Source of the DNA: Eledone cirrhosa
Taxonomy: Eukaryota
DNA length: 64,000 nucleotides
Reading direction: 5' to 3'
NCBI GenBank assembly: GCA_964016885.1
Contig: OZ024741.1
Location: forward strand, 98,332,001-98,396,000
Positions within the stretch are counted from its first letter, which is position 1, and each line of letters begins with the position of its first letter. Shown here piece by piece: positions 60,570 to 64,000 of this stretch. Made by a program: the position numbers and the translations under genes. The notes beneath the pieces were generated by a model. The model saw only the letters and a program-made list of their open reading frames with translations, made no database searches and had not been told where the DNA came from.

Positions 60570-61894
60570 TGGTTGGGGTAGAGGGGTTGTCTGCTGATGT
60601 TAAGTGGTCTCCTGTTTTTGTTATATTCCTTGTTGTTGTAAAATGTGGTTCGGGTTGGTGTTTGTAGATTGAATGGGGTGTTCCTGTACTGCGAGTATGG
60701 GTGTGTGTTTCTATGTGCCATGTTGTATTGTGGTGTTATAAGTGGCCTACGTTGTTGGTTGTATCGTGTGGTGTGGGTTTGCTGTGTATTGTGGAAGCGA
60801 GAGTTGAGAAAATGGTAATTACCTTGCTGTCCCCTTGAAGCGGGGAAGTTGTTACATCTATCATGGTGGTGGTATCCTTTCCCTATGTTTGACGATGAGG
60901 CATCCGCGTAGTAGTTGAGTGATTTGGTATGGTGTCTCCTTAAAGGGGGAAAGTTGTAAATGTCATTCTGGAGGAGATGATTTCTTAGGTTTTTGTTCCT
61001 TCTTATGGTAGCGAGGTTGGGAAGTTCATCTTCGGTGGGGTGCTTCCTTCTTCGTTTGTTAGTGGCTTGGGGGTTTGAGAAGTTGTTGTGCGGTTCAGTT
61101 ATGGGTTTTCCTATTTTTATGAACGGGTTATTGGAGGTGTAATCCGTTTGAAAAGTCGATTCATAGTGTAGGAACCAAGCGGCACTTTTTTCCCAGCGTT
61201 GAAGGGATTTCAGTTCTTCTCTGTTGCAGTCGCCTTTCCATAATTTGGAGATCTTCTCTACCTTGGGGCCTTCAGTTTTGTTGTTGATTTCCAGGAGGAT
61301 CTCTTCATCGATGGTTTTGATTTTTTCCTCATTTGTCTGGGCCCTCAGTTTAAGAAGTTCAATTTCTGTCTTCATTTTTTCCAATGCCATTCTTTCCCTA
61401 AGGTGTCTTTGAGGTTCGGGTTCATTTGGAATGGACTTTATTTGTAGTTTACGGGGGAGAGTTAGAGGGGTTGAGTTAAGCCATTTTTCATATATCTCTG
61501 CTTTGTTGTGATTTTGTATCATCTTCCAGAATGAGATCTTTCTGTCTCTGAGGGATTTGTTCCATTTTGGAATTGTTCGAATTTTCATTTTGTATGAATC
61601 AATCTCACATGGTTCTTCGTTGGTTTTTCCTGGGTTGGTAGTAGTGAACATAGTTTGGATAGTATCGCAAAGGTTTTGGAGTTTGTCGCCGATTTCGGAG
61701 GGTTTGTATCCGGTGGCGGTTTCCTTATTTGTGGAGTCAAGTTTGTCGACCAGCAAAGATAGGTTGGTGTTTATTTTCTTGAGTTCCCGTAGGATCTCTT
61801 CATTTGTGTTGATGAGGGTTGTATCCGTTTTTGTTGGCATTTTCAGTATCTCGTGTGAGGATATGATAGTTAAAAGAATAGAGCTGTAACACAC
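60530..61894 (-). CDS. PLE ORF1, 454 aa, predicted coiled-coil with basic N/Q/R/H-rich tail
   Basis: Uninterrupted non-repetitive ORF inside the element; heptad-like EKMKTEIELLKLRAQTNEEKIKTIDEEIL; ends ..PNHFLDTAHRYRQTK. Confidence 0.8.
   Translation of the reverse strand: MCYSSILLTIISSHEILKMPTKTDTTLINTNEEILRELKKINTNLSLLVDKLDSTNKETATGYKPSEIGDKLQNLCDTIQTMFTTTNPGKTNEEPCEIDSYKMKIRTIPKWNKSLRDRKISFWKMIQNHNKAEIYEKWLNSTPLTLPRKLQIKSIPNEPEPQRHLRERMALEKMKTEIELLKLRAQTNEEKIKTIDEEILLEINNKTEGPKVEKISKLWKGDCNREELKSLQRWEKSAAWFLHYESTFQTDYTSNNPFIKIGKPITEPHNNFSNPQATNKRRRKHPTEDELPNLATIRRNKNLRNHLLQNDIYNFPPLRRHHTKSLNYYADASSSNIGKGYHHHDRCNNFPASRGQQGNYHFLNSRFHNTQQTHTTRYNQQRRPLITPQYNMAHRNTHPYSQYRNTPFNLQTPTRTTFYNNKEYNKNRRPLNISRQPLYPNHFLDTAHRYRQTK
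60563..60569 (-). promoter_or_regulatory. Candidate -1 ribosomal frameshift slippery site U_UUU_UUA
   Basis: CAT TTT TTA GAC in the ORF1 frame; the -1 frame (TTT TTT AGA CAC..) is the ORF2 frame. Confidence 0.7.
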
Positions 61895-62274
61895 AAGTTA
61901 TTATATATTGGTAAACGGAATAGAAAATGCTGACAAATTGTTCACAGTTTAAAAATGGTTTAATTAGGAATAAAAAAGTATTAGTAATTGTATGGATTAG
62001 TATTCAGTTGTGGTTTTAAGTTTTTAAGTTTTTACCGGTTGCGCATTTCTAAATGCTTTTCAAAAATAATTTTGAGATAGTGTCCACACCCAGCGCATCA
62101 GCAAGGAATCTTACTTCATTAACAAATACGGACCCCCTCTAAACACTTCTCCCTAAGACGAACCCACAACATACACACGTCATCATACATACCTACATCA
62201 GCACACATCTCTACCCACATATAAACACAATAACATACGTAAACACACATGCTCTATGGTGCAACACAAAACAA

Positions 62275-62342
<68 letters not shown>

Positions 62343-62516
62343 ATATATGTATGTATATATATATATATATATAGTGAATATCATTTCACACCTTTTATTG
62401 TTAAGATTTTTGATGTTCTATTAAGAGAACCGATTTTACTGAAAAAATCGAATAATGTACACCATTTTACCAGGGCGAAAAAAATACTGGTCCATCCACA
62501 CACACACACACACATT

Positions 62517-62622
<106 letters not shown>

Positions 62623-62802
62623 TACACACACACACACACATACACACGCGTACATTAACATACAAAGAGACTTATACACACACACACACACACTTCTCCG
62701 TATAAGACAAAAGCTGAAAAATATCTTTGACATGCTAAAATACCCACCACTGCTTACAGAAACATTTCTACTGACCATCCCTGCTACCACGAATTACTCT
62801 GC

Positions 62803-62883
<81 letters not shown>

Positions 62884-63300
62884 ATCTTAATAGCCATTTG
62901 ACACAAATCCCTACTAACCATTATCACAACATCGAACACCTTACTACTACTACACACACACACACATATTTGTTGTGAAAGAGTCATTTCTCAGTCTTGG
63001 CGCAAAATCAATTTTTTATTCACATTACCTCCACCGACCAATCAAAATTGTTTTGACCACAAGAATTTTTGCAAACACCAAGTAGCGCTGGAGCCACTTT
63101 TTTAACATAAAACCAGTCTTGGCGCAAAATCAATTTTTAACATTCACATGACCTCTACCGACCAATCAAAATTGTTTTGACCACAAGAATTTTTGCAACA
63201 CCAAAGTAGCGATGGAGCCACTTTTTTAACATAAAAACAGGTAGAATTCCCAAAACTAATCAGATCAGAGCAAACAACACGGACACTCTATCTCAAAATT

Positions 63301-63339
63301 ATTTTTGAAAAGCATTTAGAAATGCGCAACCGGTAAAAA
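63301..63339 (+). ncRNA. Variant hammerhead-like motif in pLTR (also 57280-57318 -, 62029-62067 -)
   Basis: ttt-TTGAAAA-gcattt ag aaatgc-GCAAC-cg-GTA-aaa; same layout as the 2997-3036 motif but GAAA is GCAA in all three copies. Confidence 0.5.
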
Positions 63340-63495
63340 CTTAAAAACTTAAAACCACAACTGAATACTAACCCATACAATCACTAATACTTTTTTATTC
63401 CTAATTAAACCATTTTTCAACTGTGAACAATTTGTCAGCATTTTCTATTCCGTTTACCAATATATAATAACTTGTGTGTTACATCTCTATTCTTT

Positions 63496-63555
<60 letters not shown>

Positions 63556-63652
63556 TATTAAATGAAGCTTATCAAATAGAATGGACACAGCTTCCATCAT
63601 TTTCTTACTAACACAATAATATTATTAAGTGTGCATTATTAAAATTCAAGCC

Positions 63653-63763
63653 GAGTTCAAATCCCGCCGAGGTTGACTTTGCCTTTCATCCTTACGGGGT
63701 CGATAAAATAAAGTACCAGTAATGCACTGGCTAATTGCTGGCTTTGTGCCTAAAGTAGAAACA
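63653..63763 (+). mobile_element. 5'-truncated tRNA-SINE with 18-bp TSD
   Basis: Starts at the B box; TSD attattaaaattcaagcc at 63635-63652 / 63764-63781. Confidence 0.85.
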
Positions 63764-64000
63764 ATTATTAAAATTCAAGCCACCCACTTAGAGAATACAC
63801 TTATACGTTGATGAAAACAACATGGAGTGGGTAGATAATTGGAGTTACCAGGACTGATACACCAGGTTCTAAGATTTCAACCTGGCGCTAGGTGTCCGAA
63901 TGGAACCGCCTTGTGCAGAAATGCGTTAGTTGATAGGAATCGCGTCTTATGCGGGAGACTGCCTTCCTGGAATGGACAGATCCATATGGCGAAATAGTGC

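Noticed and set aside
63800-64000. Possible LINE 3' remnant at the window edge
   Set aside because: Only a weak LFRH-like motif on the minus strand; too decayed and truncated to call.

Overview
AT-rich eukaryotic (animal) genomic DNA with no host gene I can support; the repeat content (tRNA-SINEs, very dense (TA)n/(CA)n/(GA)n microsatellites) resembles octopod cephalopod DNA, which is an inference. The window is dominated by Penelope-like retroelements (PLEs) inserted in (TA)n tracts: one apparently intact RT+GIY-YIG element (6888-12131), two 5'-truncated relatives, a near-intact two-ORF Neptune-type element (57157-63502) and several decayed remnants. It also holds many non-coding 0.3-1.5 kb tandem/fold-back elements built from 310-525 nt units, each carrying a type I hammerhead ribozyme (retrozyme-like). 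I count about 30 hammerhead or hammerhead-like motifs by eye. The main findings are: (1) the two-ORF PLE has an in-frame U_UUU_UUA slippery heptamer that would fuse a 454-aa ORF1 to an AUG-less RT-GIY-YIG ORF by -1 frameshifting; (2) several unrelated families carry a compensatory U3:A8 hammerhead core (UUGANAA); (3) several circularly permuted, multimeric ribozyme units suggest circular-RNA intermediates mobilised by the PLEs; (4) insertions share a 'two 3' ends facing outward' architecture at (TA)n. Most short ORFs in the supplied track are microsatellite artefacts. All folds and alignments were done by eye.
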